Shown in pieces: positions 9,767 through 19,536 of a stretch of DNA of 64,000 nt. The first letter of the stretch is position 1; every line of letters begins with the position of its first letter. The notes beneath the pieces were generated by a model, which saw only the letters and a list, made by a program, of their open reading frames with translations, was not told where the DNA came from and did not search any database. The position numbers were made by a program, and so were the translations under genes. Source of the DNA: an uncultured Gammaproteobacteria bacterium (GTDB lineage Bacteria > Patescibacteriota > Microgenomatia > UBA10105 > UBA927); contig CAZUOM010000007.1 of the NCBI GenBank assembly GCA_964621305.1, positions 5,422-69,421 on the forward strand. Reading direction: 5' to 3'.

Positions 9767-11757
9767 GAAAGTTTTTTCTTCCGCTACTTCTATGCGGAGC
9801 CGTTGTAACTATCGTTTTTGGAAAAGCATTGTTTCCGGCGCCTGATCAGCTTATTTTTGGCGACGACGTACACCGGCAATATTATTTTTTTCGCCAGTAT
9901 TTTAATAATTCGATTCGCGAAGGGGCAGTCCCGTGGTGGAACCCGTATGTTTTTTCCGGTACTCCTTTTTTGGCAAATGCTCAAGTTTCGATGCTCTATC
10001 CCCTTAACTGGCTGTATGTAATTTTACCTCTTAATATCGCCTACTCTTGGTATTTTGCCATTCATGTTTTTATTGCCATGGTAACCATGTATTGGTTAGC
10101 CAAAGCGATGATGGGTAAAATATGCGGTTGGACCGCAGGAATTGTATTTGGACTGTCCGGTTATTTTATGGCTCGCACGATGGCAGGACAACCGGATGTT
10201 GTGGCTGCTGCCTCTTGGGCGCCTTTGGTTATCGGACTATTTATTAAAGTTATCAATGAAAAGACAGTAAGATCGATACTTCTTGCGGCAGCCGGGTTGG
10301 CAGTGCAGCTTTCAACAGGTTATCAAATCGTTACGCTTTTTACCTTAGAAGCGGTCGCGATCATTGTTTTTATCAACATTATTAAAGAGAAATCTTTACG
10401 TATGGCTTTACCGGTTATTGGAGCAGTTGTTCTTGCGTTGGGTTTGGCGGCAGTCCAACTTTTGCCTCAGCAAGAATTTTTCCGGCATTCAATTAGAACC
10501 GTTGATTTACCTTATAAATTTACAGCTAGTGGCGCCCATTCCCTGCGTGAGATGGTTACCCTTATTGACCCTTTTGCGCTGGGGGGCTATAACGACTATC
10601 AAGGATCTCCTCCCAATTATCACGAGCACGCCATTTATGTAGGAAAAGTAGCCCTTATTTTGGCTATCCTCGCGTTTGTTCTAGGTAGAGCTAAACCTTT
10701 TACACTCATTGCACTTTTTAGCGTCTGGGTATCGTTTGGGGCGAATGCGCCGGTAGATTTGCAATATCTTCTTTGGAAATTTACTCCGTTTTACCACTAC
10801 ATTCGTATCCCTTCCCGACACCTGGTTCTCTTTGTGTTAAGTGCCAGCATCCTTACCGGCTTTGGGTTGTCGCTTATTCGGAGTAGAGTAATCCAAATTT
10901 TTTTATCAGCAGTTATTATTCTTGAACTCGTGTTGGTTGGTCGAAATTTTATAGCTCTGGAAAAGTTACCAGAGTATCGGCATGATCAAGAACTTGTAAA
11001 CTTACTGAAATCAGATAGAGAGCTTTCTCGGGTTATCCAAAATTTTGGCGTGTGGGTGGTGCCGCGTGATAGGTTAGATTTTGGCAGCGCGATGAATTAT
11101 AAATTCTTTTCTGCAACCGGCTATGACCCATCGATTTTACGTAATTACTATGAATTTATAGACGCGGCTAATGGTGCTAAAGAGCCTAGCGTTATGAAGC
11201 ACAACGTGCAAGTTCCTTACTTAAACCCCAATTCTCCATACCTTAATTTTCTCAACATTAAATATGTTCTAGTGAACCCTGATTATGATCCGTTTGGAGG
11301 AAAATCAACTGATAGATTTAAATTAATCCTTGATAAAAAAGAAAAAACGTACAGGCTCTATGAAAATAAAGCCGTCCTTCCGCGATTCTTTTTATCAGAC
11401 TGCGGTGATACGGTTTCGGAACCGGTTGAAGTTAACAAATACTCAGGCAGTCAAATTGAACTAACTTCGAGTGCGACCTGTGATACAAAGCTTATATCAA
11501 GCGAAGTAATGTATCCTGGCTGGGAGGCAGCTATCGATGGCAGAAAGACCGCGGTATTAGCAACAAATCATGCGTTTCGATCGCTTCTAGTCCCGAAAGG
11601 CAGGCATAGCATAAAATTTTATTTTTTCCCACGAATTTACATCATTGGCGGTGTAATTTCTTTAGTGACTTTTCTAATTTGTTTACTTTTTTGGCACAAA
11701 GATAAAGAGGCCCGGGTTTTCATGGAAAACCTCAAGAAACGGATAAAATCTGTTTAG
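9763..11757 (+). CDS. YfhO-family membrane protein (GT-C type glycosyltransferase, 664 aa)
   Basis: It carries the canonical YfhO N-terminal signature (VHRQYYFFRQYF...GAVPWWNPYVFSGTPFLANAQVSMLYPLNW) and about 14 TM helices. Confidence 0.85.
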   Translation: MRKFFLPLLLCGAVVTIVFGKALFPAPDQLIFGDDVHRQYYFFRQYFNNSIREGAVPWWNPYVFSGTPFLANAQVSMLYPLNWLYVILPLNIAYSWYFAIHVFIAMVTMYWLAKAMMGKICGWTAGIVFGLSGYFMARTMAGQPDVVAAASWAPLVIGLFIKVINEKTVRSILLAAAGLAVQLSTGYQIVTLFTLEAVAIIVFINIIKEKSLRMALPVIGAVVLALGLAAVQLLPQQEFFRHSIRTVDLPYKFTASGAHSLREMVTLIDPFALGGYNDYQGSPPNYHEHAIYVGKVALILAILAFVLGRAKPFTLIALFSVWVSFGANAPVDLQYLLWKFTPFYHYIRIPSRHLVLFVLSASILTGFGLSLIRSRVIQIFLSAVIILELVLVGRNFIALEKLPEYRHDQELVNLLKSDRELSRVIQNFGVWVVPRDRLDFGSAMNYKFFSATGYDPSILRNYYEFIDAANGAKEPSVMKHNVQVPYLNPNSPYLNFLNIKYVLVNPDYDPFGGKSTDRFKLILDKKEKTYRLYENKAVLPRFFLSDCGDTVSEPVEVNKYSGSQIELTSSATCDTKLISSEVMYPGWEAAIDGRKTAVLATNHAFRSLLVPKGRHSIKFYFFPRIYIIGGVISLVTFLICLLFWHKDKEARVFMENLKKRIKSV

Positions 11758-13245
11758 ATCATTTGGCCCGTCTTGTTTATTCCAAAGAATATAACCAATG
11801 TTGTTTTTGGTCAGAAACTCTTGGGCTTGACCTTCCTTCATGAATCCAGAGTAAAAATCAAAAACCTCTTTAACTTTGCGATCGTAATCGTAGGTTAGGG
11901 TTCTATGTGCTGAATAGGTAGTAAGACCCGTGATAACCGGTACAAAAAATTCCAAATTATTTGTAGCCAAAACCACTCGATAGTCCTGCTTGTCTTTAAG
12001 GGAGGCCAACCCTTTATAAATGTCTTTATTTAAATAATTGAGCGGTGATGGAAGGTAATAAGAGGAAATTTTTTCTTTTAACTCTATTGCCAGGGGCGGC
12101 AGCTGTAGAAGAAAAAATCCTGCGAGTATTCCCGCGGCAACCCAAGCACGTAAGTTTTTTTTAAACAAGTTTCCAATAGCAATAACACCGAGATAGCTCA
12201 TTGCTCCAAGAAATACATATGCTGGAGGCTGTAAAAAGCGAAACACCGGCAGCTTAAAGAGAGCGGGAAGTGTAGAAAAATAAATTAGTATTGGAGCAAA
12301 AGCAAATAGACCGCCAAAAATTCTAAGTGGTGATTTTACTGAAAAAAAGGATTTTAATCCAACAAAGACTAGTGGCACTACGGCTCCCATCGAAAGAAGG
12401 AGAGTTAACGGCGCAACCGGAGCAAAACTAGTTTCCCATGAGCGCATCCACTGATAGAAAAAATGGGAAAAAGCCTGTTTCTCATGGATGACAATAGGAA
12501 GAGCAGTTGCCAAACTAAATAAAAGGGGAGTAAATAATTTTAGATTACCAAAATATACTAACCCTAAAAATATTACCAATGTATCGACTAGGAAATAAAC
12601 TGGAGCAATAATAAATAGAAACGTGAATGATAAAACTATTAAAACAGTCCATTTCCAAACAGGGGACTGGATAAATTGACTATATGTGTAGATAACTAGT
12701 AGCGAGAGAATATTTTGGGCGATCAAATGAGAAACTCCACCCAGACGGTTAAAAGCTGTTGTGTACGCATAAAAATAGGTTATGGGAGTTATTGCCGGCG
12801 GATTTGTTGATATGGTAAAAAAATTTGTACTCACCAGCGCAATTAGGAGACTAATTATGGCTCTCACCTTATTGTTTAGGAATAATGCTTGCAGTACTAA
12901 ATACATAAGGATAATGTAAAGGAAGCTCAAAATAACAACGCTAGCATCATAAACAAGCCAGGGGTATAGACCTGTAAGGCCAACAATTTTTCCGAGTATT
13001 ATGTTGTACCACCAAATCAAAGTCTGAGGGATAGCCTCGGTTGTAAATGAATTGCCAGTGAGCCACGCGCCCATTGCGCCCTGAGTTAAATGTGAAAGAT
13101 AAAAAAAGTAGTCCTCATACCAATGGGTGATTCCGATGTAGATTGTATTTACCGGCTGTTGTATCTTATAGACGATAAGCGCTAGGGAGTTAAGCATGGT
13201 GAATATTAGTGAGATAATCAAAACCAGAATCATAGATAGAGTCAT
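11683..13245 (-). CDS. Polytopic membrane protein of the YfhO-distant paralog family
   Basis: The N-terminus (THWYEDYFFYLSHLTQGAMGAWL) is a clear paralog of the ORF at 31594-33102. The C-terminal family domain is VVLATNNLEFFVPVITGLTTYSAH. Confidence 0.6.
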   Translation of the reverse strand: MTLSMILVLIISLIFTMLNSLALIVYKIQQPVNTIYIGITHWYEDYFFYLSHLTQGAMGAWLTGNSFTTEAIPQTLIWWYNIILGKIVGLTGLYPWLVYDASVVILSFLYIILMYLVLQALFLNNKVRAIISLLIALVSTNFFTISTNPPAITPITYFYAYTTAFNRLGGVSHLIAQNILSLLVIYTYSQFIQSPVWKWTVLIVLSFTFLFIIAPVYFLVDTLVIFLGLVYFGNLKLFTPLLFSLATALPIVIHEKQAFSHFFYQWMRSWETSFAPVAPLTLLLSMGAVVPLVFVGLKSFFSVKSPLRIFGGLFAFAPILIYFSTLPALFKLPVFRFLQPPAYVFLGAMSYLGVIAIGNLFKKNLRAWVAAGILAGFFLLQLPPLAIELKEKISSYYLPSPLNYLNKDIYKGLASLKDKQDYRVVLATNNLEFFVPVITGLTTYSAHRTLTYDYDRKVKEVFDFYSGFMKEGQAQEFLTKNNIGYILWNKQDGPNDLNRFYPFLEVFHENPGLFIFVPKK

Positions 13246-13248
13246 TAT

Positions 13249-15921
13249 ATGAGATATTCAAAGCTTATTGCTCTTTGTTCTTATGCGGTCATCGTCGTTA
13301 TTGTTTTTTCTCCTATTCTTTTTCCGCCGGCAGGTATGTTGTTATTCGGCAGTGATATCCACAGATCCTATCATTTTTTCCGGCAACTATTTCATGACTC
13401 TATTAGTACAGGACAATTTCCGTGGTGGAATCCGTACCTTTTTTCCGGAGAGCCACTAATCGCTAACCCCTCGGTTGCATTCTGGTACCCATTCAACTGG
13501 CTGTTTGCAGTTCTTCCGTACAGATTTGTTTACTCGTGGATTATTCCGATTCATATTTTTATTGCAATGACGGGAATGTACGTTTTTAGTTCAAAATTCA
13601 AAATTCAAAATTCAAAATTAGAAGAAAAGGTAGAAACACCATTTGATTTTGGTGCTTTTATTGCCGGTTTAATCTTTGGATTAAGTGGGTATTTCATGGG
13701 AAGGATTTGGGAAGGACATGTGGAGCTAATTCTTGCGGCAAGCTGGATGCCGTGGGTTATATTTACAAATGTCCAATGCCAAATGTCCAATGCCAAATGG
13801 AAAACACAATGTGTTATCGCAGCAGTTGTGTTTGCCATACAGCTTTATGCCGGGTATCACACCATTGCCTTATTTACACTAGAAGCGGTGTTAATTGTTA
13901 CATTGTTACACTGTTACATTGTTAAAAACATTAGGCCGCTTTTGCCGGCGATACTCTCTATAATCATTGGGTTAGGTTTGGCTGGACTTCAGATTATTCC
14001 CTCTCAGGAGTTTTTTAGTCGAAGCATTCGGACGTATGAACTTCCTTATTCATGGGCTGTCTTCGGTTCATACACGGTTGAAAACCTCAAGCAGATTTTT
14101 CAGCCGTTTATTCTGGGTGGGCCAGAGAGCTACAGCGGTCCAAGTCCCAATTTCGGTGAAATGGCGGCATACATCGGTGTTGTCCCGTTGGTGCTTGCTC
14201 TTCTTGGTATTGTGTGGGCAATAAAGCGCCGCGCGTGGATTTCAATTGCCATGATGGTTATTGCACTTTTTGGGTTATGGATTTCATTCGGTTGGAATGC
14301 TCCCGTGGATCTGAATAAAATCCTTTGGGACAGTGTCCCTACATATAAGTATCTGCGCATTCCGTCGCGGCACCTCATTCTTTTTGTTTTCGGTATGAGC
14401 TTCCTCGCCGGCGTCGGCCTTAGCTTCGCAAGGAGAGTCCTTGCGAAGCTAATTATTTCTCTGGTTATTGTTGTTGATCTGGTGTGGTTTGCTAAAACGT
14501 TTGTTACTCTTGCGCCCGATCCTTCCACACGGCACAGTAAAGAGCTTGTTGGTTATCTGCAAAAAAATTTGGGACTGGCGAGAATTTTGCCGAACTTTAA
14601 TGTCGGGATGGGAACGCGAGACGCTCTCGATTTCGATGCAGCAATGGGGTATAAATTTTTTTCCGCTTCCGGTTACGACCCGTCGATTCTGCGTAATTAC
14701 TACGAATTTGCGGCAGCCGCAGGGAAAATAGAAAACCCGGATGTCCAGCGAAGTGACGTTCAAATTCCATATCTAGTTCCCCAGTCTAGATACACTGACT
14801 TTCTTAATATCAAATATATTTTTGTTCCGTCGTGGTTTGACTCAGTTGCGGGATCATCAAAATTTTCTCCGGTGCTGGCAGAAAATATAAAAGATTTCTG
14901 GAAACTCTATGAAAATAAAAACATCTTTCCTCGGTTCTTTCTTGCGCCGTCGCTTGTAGTTTTCCCGACTCGAGACGGTGTTGCCCGGGCAATAAGAAAC
15001 GAGGATTATAATCCATCGGAGACAATATTGGTTGAAAGTTCAAGTATCAAAAATCAAAGTTTTTCACCAAGCTGTTTAGAAAAAAACCTTCCTCCTCCCG
15101 AAGTGCTTTCCTATTCTTACAATCGGATCGAGCTACTTACAAGTTCCTCATGTAATGCCTTTCTGGCAACTAGTGAGGTGATGTATCCCGGCTGGAGTGC
15201 AACTATTGACGGGAAAAAAACAGAGATTTTCGAGGGAAACCTTGCCTTTCGAACGCTCTGGGTGCCGGCGGGGGAACACAACATTGTTTTACAATATCAA
15301 CCCTGGATTTTTGTCGTAGGTTTTTTCGTGAGCATTGCGACAGTGGCAGGGTGTTTGATTTGGACCAAAAAGTCGGCACACAGTGTATTGGTGGTTCTGG
15401 ATCGGGACGGAACACTTATCAGAAACGAAGGATTTATTGGACGTGGAGACAAATGGATGAGTGAACTTGTCATTAATGCGCCTGTAGTGTGTTTTCTTTC
15501 TTATATACAATCCAAATATAAAACGATGATGATAGTTGTTAGCAATCAATCGGGCGTGGCCAGAGGGTATTTTGACGAAAAGCGAATCCGTGAGGTCAAC
15601 GAAGCAATCAATGAGCTTTTGAAAAAACAAGGCATTACCATAGATGGTTGGCAGTTTTGTCCGGATGTGGATGCGGTCTACGCGAAGGCTCGGCCCGAAA
15701 TTTTTTGGAACAAGCAGTACGTGAAAACGGCGACGAAACGAAAACCAGCAACCAAAATGGTTGACGACGCGCTTGGGCAACTTGGCAAAAAGATCGGAGA
15801 TTTTGACACGACGATTGTTTTAGGCAATAGCGAAGATGACGCGGAACTTGCCCGGGTCCTTGGCGCTGTCTGGATTGATGTCCGTGGGGCTAGCTATGAG
15901 AAGCTTGTTGCGTATCTATGA
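13249..15921 (+). CDS. YfhO-family membrane protein fused to a C-terminal GmhB-like HAD-IIIA phosphatase domain
   Basis: The N-terminal ~690 aa form a YfhO domain (HRSYHFFRQLF...FPWWNPYLFSGEPLIANPS). The C-terminus carries DRDGTLI, VVSNQSGVARGYF and ..CPD.., typical of D,D-heptose-1,7-bisphosphate / histidinol phosphatase HADs. The gene contains three short tandem repeat tracts. Confidence 0.8.
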   Translation: MRYSKLIALCSYAVIVVIVFSPILFPPAGMLLFGSDIHRSYHFFRQLFHDSISTGQFPWWNPYLFSGEPLIANPSVAFWYPFNWLFAVLPYRFVYSWIIPIHIFIAMTGMYVFSSKFKIQNSKLEEKVETPFDFGAFIAGLIFGLSGYFMGRIWEGHVELILAASWMPWVIFTNVQCQMSNAKWKTQCVIAAVVFAIQLYAGYHTIALFTLEAVLIVTLLHCYIVKNIRPLLPAILSIIIGLGLAGLQIIPSQEFFSRSIRTYELPYSWAVFGSYTVENLKQIFQPFILGGPESYSGPSPNFGEMAAYIGVVPLVLALLGIVWAIKRRAWISIAMMVIALFGLWISFGWNAPVDLNKILWDSVPTYKYLRIPSRHLILFVFGMSFLAGVGLSFARRVLAKLIISLVIVVDLVWFAKTFVTLAPDPSTRHSKELVGYLQKNLGLARILPNFNVGMGTRDALDFDAAMGYKFFSASGYDPSILRNYYEFAAAAGKIENPDVQRSDVQIPYLVPQSRYTDFLNIKYIFVPSWFDSVAGSSKFSPVLAENIKDFWKLYENKNIFPRFFLAPSLVVFPTRDGVARAIRNEDYNPSETILVESSSIKNQSFSPSCLEKNLPPPEVLSYSYNRIELLTSSSCNAFLATSEVMYPGWSATIDGKKTEIFEGNLAFRTLWVPAGEHNIVLQYQPWIFVVGFFVSIATVAGCLIWTKKSAHSVLVVLDRDGTLIRNEGFIGRGDKWMSELVINAPVVCFLSYIQSKYKTMMIVVSNQSGVARGYFDEKRIREVNEAINELLKKQGITIDGWQFCPDVDAVYAKARPEIFWNKQYVKTATKRKPATKMVDDALGQLGKKIGDFDTTIVLGNSEDDAELARVLGAVWIDVRGASYEKLVAYL
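13591..13618. repeat. (TCAAAAT)x4 heptanucleotide tandem repeat inside the YfhO-HAD gene
   Basis: Read directly from the sequence: ttcaaaattcaaaattcaaaatta. Confidence 0.9.
13768..13801. repeat. 14-nt unit (AAATGTCCAATGCC) x2.4, built from two imperfect heptamers, inside the YfhO-HAD gene
   Basis: Read directly from the sequence: aaatgtccaatgccaaatgtccaatgccaaatgg. Confidence 0.9.
13894..13925. repeat. (ATTGTTAC)x4 octanucleotide tandem repeat inside the YfhO-HAD gene
   Basis: Read directly from the sequence: attgttacattgttacactgttacattgttaa. Confidence 0.85.
15337..15921 (+). other. HAD-IIIA (GmhB/histidinol-phosphatase-like) phosphatase domain at the C-terminus of the YfhO fusion
   Basis: Motif I is DRDGT, motif II is SNQSG, and the Zn-site-like region is QFCPD. 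The domain follows the last TM helix, so it is predicted to be cytoplasmic. Confidence 0.7.
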
Positions 15922-18107
15922 AACTCCTCTTTCCGTTTTTGGCCTACGCAGTCGTCGTTCTTTTTGTATTTGATAAGGCATTGTATCCGAGTCAGAACGA
16001 AGTTATCTTCGGCCCGGATATCTGGCGATACCACTATTTTCAGCGTCCGTTCCTGGGCGAGTCGTTTCGAAGTGGCATCGTCCCATGGTGGAACCCGTAT
16101 ATCATGGGCGGTCAGCCATATCTGGAGCAGCCGCAGATTACGACGTGGTATTTACCAAACCTACTCTTTACGATCTTGCCAGCAAACAGGGCCATTTCTT
16201 GGTACTTGGCCCTTCATATTTTCTGGGCGATGGCGGGGATATACTTATTCATTTCAAATTTCAAATTTCAAATTTCAAATTTAGCTGCGTGGGCGGCAGG
16301 GATTGCATTTGGTCTGTCGGGGTATTTTGCTGCACGGATCTACGCCGGACACATTGACATAATTGCGGCATCAAGTTGGTTGCCGTGGGTGATCGCTTCG
16401 GTTGTCAGTTGTCAGGCGTCAGTTGTCAGTAGAAAAAGAAATTGTGTTATTACGGCAATATTTTTTGCCATGATGCTGTTGGCCGGGCATCAGATGGTAG
16501 CCGTGTACACGGTTGAGGCAATTGGGGTAGCGGCATTGGTTTATGCAGTTGTCCAACGGTCGCTCCGGCCACTTGTGATTTCAACCGTTTCCATCGCATT
16601 GGGTTTGGGCCTTGCGGCAATTCAGATTCTCCCCAATCATCAGCTCATTGCCAACAGCATCCGGACGATTCAACTGCCGGAAGCATGGTCCGTCATCGCC
16701 ACCCCAACCGCCGCGCACTTTCTTGAGTTTATCGACCCAACGTTCTTCTACGACCGACTGCCTGATGTAGGCTTGGGACACGAACACGTCGGCTACATCG
16801 GGAAAGTGCCTTTGTTGTTTGCAATCACCACAATCCTCTTTTTCTTTCTCCGGCGGAAAAAATCTGTTGAAATTTTGATCCTTATCATCCTGTCAATATT
16901 CAGCTTGTGGGTGTGGCTCGGACCAAACGCTCCGGTTGATATGTTTGCCGTCATGCGAAAAATCCTGCCGCTCTATGGACAGATCCGGATCCCGTCCCGG
17001 CATATTGTGTTGTTTATTTTGGCGGCAAGTGCCTTGTTTGGCATCGGGATGAGCAGGGTAAAAAACACCGTCGTCAGGCTGCTGCTTTGTGCGCTGGTGC
17101 TTCTTGATCTTATTCCGTTTGCGCGGGCAAATATCCATTTGGGTCAGATACCGGAAACACGGGAAGATGGGGAATTGGTCGCATTGCTTGCGGGTGATGA
17201 GGGATTATACCGGTTCCTGCCGGATTTTTACCATGGGCAACCGTTGCGGGACGCGTTGGAGTTTGATGCTCCGATAACCAAGCGCATATTCTCCGTTTCC
17301 GGCTACGAAACGCCGCCACTGCGAAACTATTGGGAGTTTTTGTTGGCAGTCAACAACCTGGATATTGCAAAAAACCTAGATTATATTGAAACGACACCAC
17401 CGTTTATAAATATTACTTCACCGTATCTAAATTTTCTTAACGTCAAATACATTCTTACTCCCACCGGGAGTGATTCTTTAGATGCATACCCTCGTCAATT
17501 TTCCCAAATAAAAGAGAATAAAGATCGTGGATATCGGGTTTATGAAAATAAAGAGGTTTTGCCGAGATTTTATTTTGTGCAAAATGCGGTTGTTGCTGCG
17601 CGGGCTACCATTGACGAAGCCATACGCGGGGGGAGCGGCGATCCCGGGACGATGGTCTATTTGGAACAGGAAACGATGCCTATCCCACGGCCGTGTTCGC
17701 AGACCACGACCCCAACAGTATCCGTAACAACCTATCAATCCGACCGGATTCTGTTGCAAATATCCAATCCGTGCGATTCGTATCTGGTTTCATCAGAAGT
17801 CATGTATCCCGGGTGGATGGCAACCATTGACGGGAAGGAAACAAAAATTGCGGTAGGCAATCTCGCGTTCCGGACGATCTTCGTGCCGGCTGGAGACCAT
17901 ATAGTCCAAATGCAGTATCGCCCCCGCATCGTGTACCTCGGTGCGCTCGTAAGTTTGGTTAGTCTTGTTGTTTTTTTCTGGTTGATCTATGATGACGGTC
18001 ATGGAATCGCAGTCAGGAAAAGTTTGCACACTTCGTCAGCTGGGCACAATCACCCAGCGTCTGAAGAAAGCCGGAAAAAAGATTGTTCTTTGCCATGGAG
18101 TGTTTGA
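15918..18107 (+). CDS. YfhO-family membrane protein (third tandem paralog)
   Basis: It carries the signature IWRYHYFQRPF...GIVPWWNPYIMGGQPYLEQPQITTWYLPN. It contains heptamer repeat tracts at 16254-16281 and 16401-16430. Its 3' end overlaps the next gene by about 118 nt. Confidence 0.8.
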   Translation: MKLLFPFLAYAVVVLFVFDKALYPSQNEVIFGPDIWRYHYFQRPFLGESFRSGIVPWWNPYIMGGQPYLEQPQITTWYLPNLLFTILPANRAISWYLALHIFWAMAGIYLFISNFKFQISNLAAWAAGIAFGLSGYFAARIYAGHIDIIAASSWLPWVIASVVSCQASVVSRKRNCVITAIFFAMMLLAGHQMVAVYTVEAIGVAALVYAVVQRSLRPLVISTVSIALGLGLAAIQILPNHQLIANSIRTIQLPEAWSVIATPTAAHFLEFIDPTFFYDRLPDVGLGHEHVGYIGKVPLLFAITTILFFFLRRKKSVEILILIILSIFSLWVWLGPNAPVDMFAVMRKILPLYGQIRIPSRHIVLFILAASALFGIGMSRVKNTVVRLLLCALVLLDLIPFARANIHLGQIPETREDGELVALLAGDEGLYRFLPDFYHGQPLRDALEFDAPITKRIFSVSGYETPPLRNYWEFLLAVNNLDIAKNLDYIETTPPFINITSPYLNFLNVKYILTPTGSDSLDAYPRQFSQIKENKDRGYRVYENKEVLPRFYFVQNAVVAARATIDEAIRGGSGDPGTMVYLEQETMPIPRPCSQTTTPTVSVTTYQSDRILLQISNPCDSYLVSSEVMYPGWMATIDGKETKIAVGNLAFRTIFVPAGDHIVQMQYRPRIVYLGALVSLVSLVVFFWLIYDDGHGIAVRKSLHTSSAGHNHPASEESRKKDCSLPWSV
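16254..16281. repeat. (TCAAATT)x4, i.e. a TTCAAAT heptamer tract, inside the third YfhO gene
   Basis: Read directly from the sequence: atttcaaatttcaaatttcaaatttcaaattt. It encodes ISNFKFQISN. Confidence 0.9.
16401..16430. repeat. (GTTGTCA)x4 heptamer tract (one imperfect copy) inside the third YfhO gene
   Basis: Read directly from the sequence: gttgtcagttgtcaggcgtcagttgtcagt. Confidence 0.85.
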
Positions 18108-19536
18108 TCTAGTACACCCCGGACACATCCGCTATTTTTCCTCTGCCAAAAAACACGGCGACATTCTCGTGGTAACACTCACGGCTGACCGGTTCGTCAG
18201 AAAAGGGCCGGGGCGGCCGGTATTTAACGAAAAACTCCGCGCAGAGTTTCTGGCAGCCATAGAGCTTGTTGACTATATCGCAGTTAGCAACAGTTACAGC
18301 GCAACGGTTGCCATCCAGGCTATCCGGCCAGACGTTTATGTGAAAGGCCCGGACTACAAATATCGAAAGCCCAACCCTTCTGTCTCCAGAAATCTCGGGA
18401 ATGAGGAAGCGGCGGTTGTCTCCGGCGGGGGAAAGCTCGTGTTCACCGATGACGTATTATTTTCCTCTTCTCATCTCATCAATGAATATATGGACGTATA
18501 CGATAAAAAAACGAAAGGTTTTTTGGATCAGCTTAAAACAACATATAGCGACGAATATTTGATTAAAAAACTCTGTTCAGTCAAACCGATAAAGGTTTTG
18601 ATTATAGGGGATGCGATTGTTGATCAGTATGTCTACTCTAATCCATTAGGAAAATCTTACAAGGAGCCGATTGTGGTCCACAAGTATTTAGAAGAAGAGA
18701 CATATGCAGGTGGGGCACTAGCAACGGCTAATCACGTAGCTGCGCTGTCGGATCACGTGAGGCTCGTGACCCTATTGGGTTCAAAACATTCCCACGAGCC
18801 GTTCATACGAAGACATTTACGAGTGGGCATCGTACCGAAATTTTTTTATCGAAGCGGCGAGTCAACCATTGTGAAGCGCCGCTATATTGATCAATATACT
18901 AACCAGAAGCTTTTTCAAATTAGTTATATCAACGATGAAGACATATCATTAGCACTTCAACGATCGGTTATGACATATTTAAAAAGGGAAATTCCCAAAC
19001 ACGATGTTGTGATAGTCAATGACTTTGGACACGGTTTTTTAACAACAAATATCATCGGATTAGTGTGCAAAGCATCCAAGTTTCTGTGTCTAAATGTGCA
19101 GGCAAATAGTGCCAACTACGGATTTCATATCATTACGAAATATCCGAGAGCGGATTTTGTCTGCATCGATGACCTAGAATTACGACTGGCTACCCACGAT
19201 CGCTCTGGTGAACAAGGAGCACTCATGAAACGGGTCTACGATAGGCTCCATTGTCAAACTATATTGGTGACCCGCGGGCCGTATGGGAGTACGATCTACT
19301 CTAAAAAAAGAGGGTGCCATGATGTACCATCTTTTGCCGGTTCCATTGTCGACCGCATGGGTGCTGGTGACGCACTTTTTTCTATCGTTTCGCCCTTGGC
19401 TTATTTGGGTGTTGCACAAAAAGCGATTGCCTTTATAGGCAACGTTGCTGCTGCTTTAAAAATTCAGACCGTGGGCAATAGAACACCGATTGATTTTATG
19501 GAGCTGACGAAATTTATTACCAGACTGCTCAAATAA
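17989..19536 (+). CDS. Bifunctional sugar-phosphate nucleotidyltransferase (cytidylyltransferase-like, RfaE domain II type) and PfkB-family sugar kinase. It is HldE-like but with the domain order reversed.
   Basis: The N-terminus shows the (H/T)xGH nucleotidyltransferase motif (IVLCHGVFDLVHPGHIRYF). The C-terminus shows a PfkB kinase signature (VLIIGDAIVDQY... GAGDALFS). Confidence 0.75.
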   Translation: MMTVMESQSGKVCTLRQLGTITQRLKKAGKKIVLCHGVFDLVHPGHIRYFSSAKKHGDILVVTLTADRFVRKGPGRPVFNEKLRAEFLAAIELVDYIAVSNSYSATVAIQAIRPDVYVKGPDYKYRKPNPSVSRNLGNEEAAVVSGGGKLVFTDDVLFSSSHLINEYMDVYDKKTKGFLDQLKTTYSDEYLIKKLCSVKPIKVLIIGDAIVDQYVYSNPLGKSYKEPIVVHKYLEEETYAGGALATANHVAALSDHVRLVTLLGSKHSHEPFIRRHLRVGIVPKFFYRSGESTIVKRRYIDQYTNQKLFQISYINDEDISLALQRSVMTYLKREIPKHDVVIVNDFGHGFLTTNIIGLVCKASKFLCLNVQANSANYGFHIITKYPRADFVCIDDLELRLATHDRSGEQGALMKRVYDRLHCQTILVTRGPYGSTIYSKKRGCHDVPSFAGSIVDRMGAGDALFSIVSPLAYLGVAQKAIAFIGNVAAALKIQTVGNRTPIDFMELTKFITRLLK

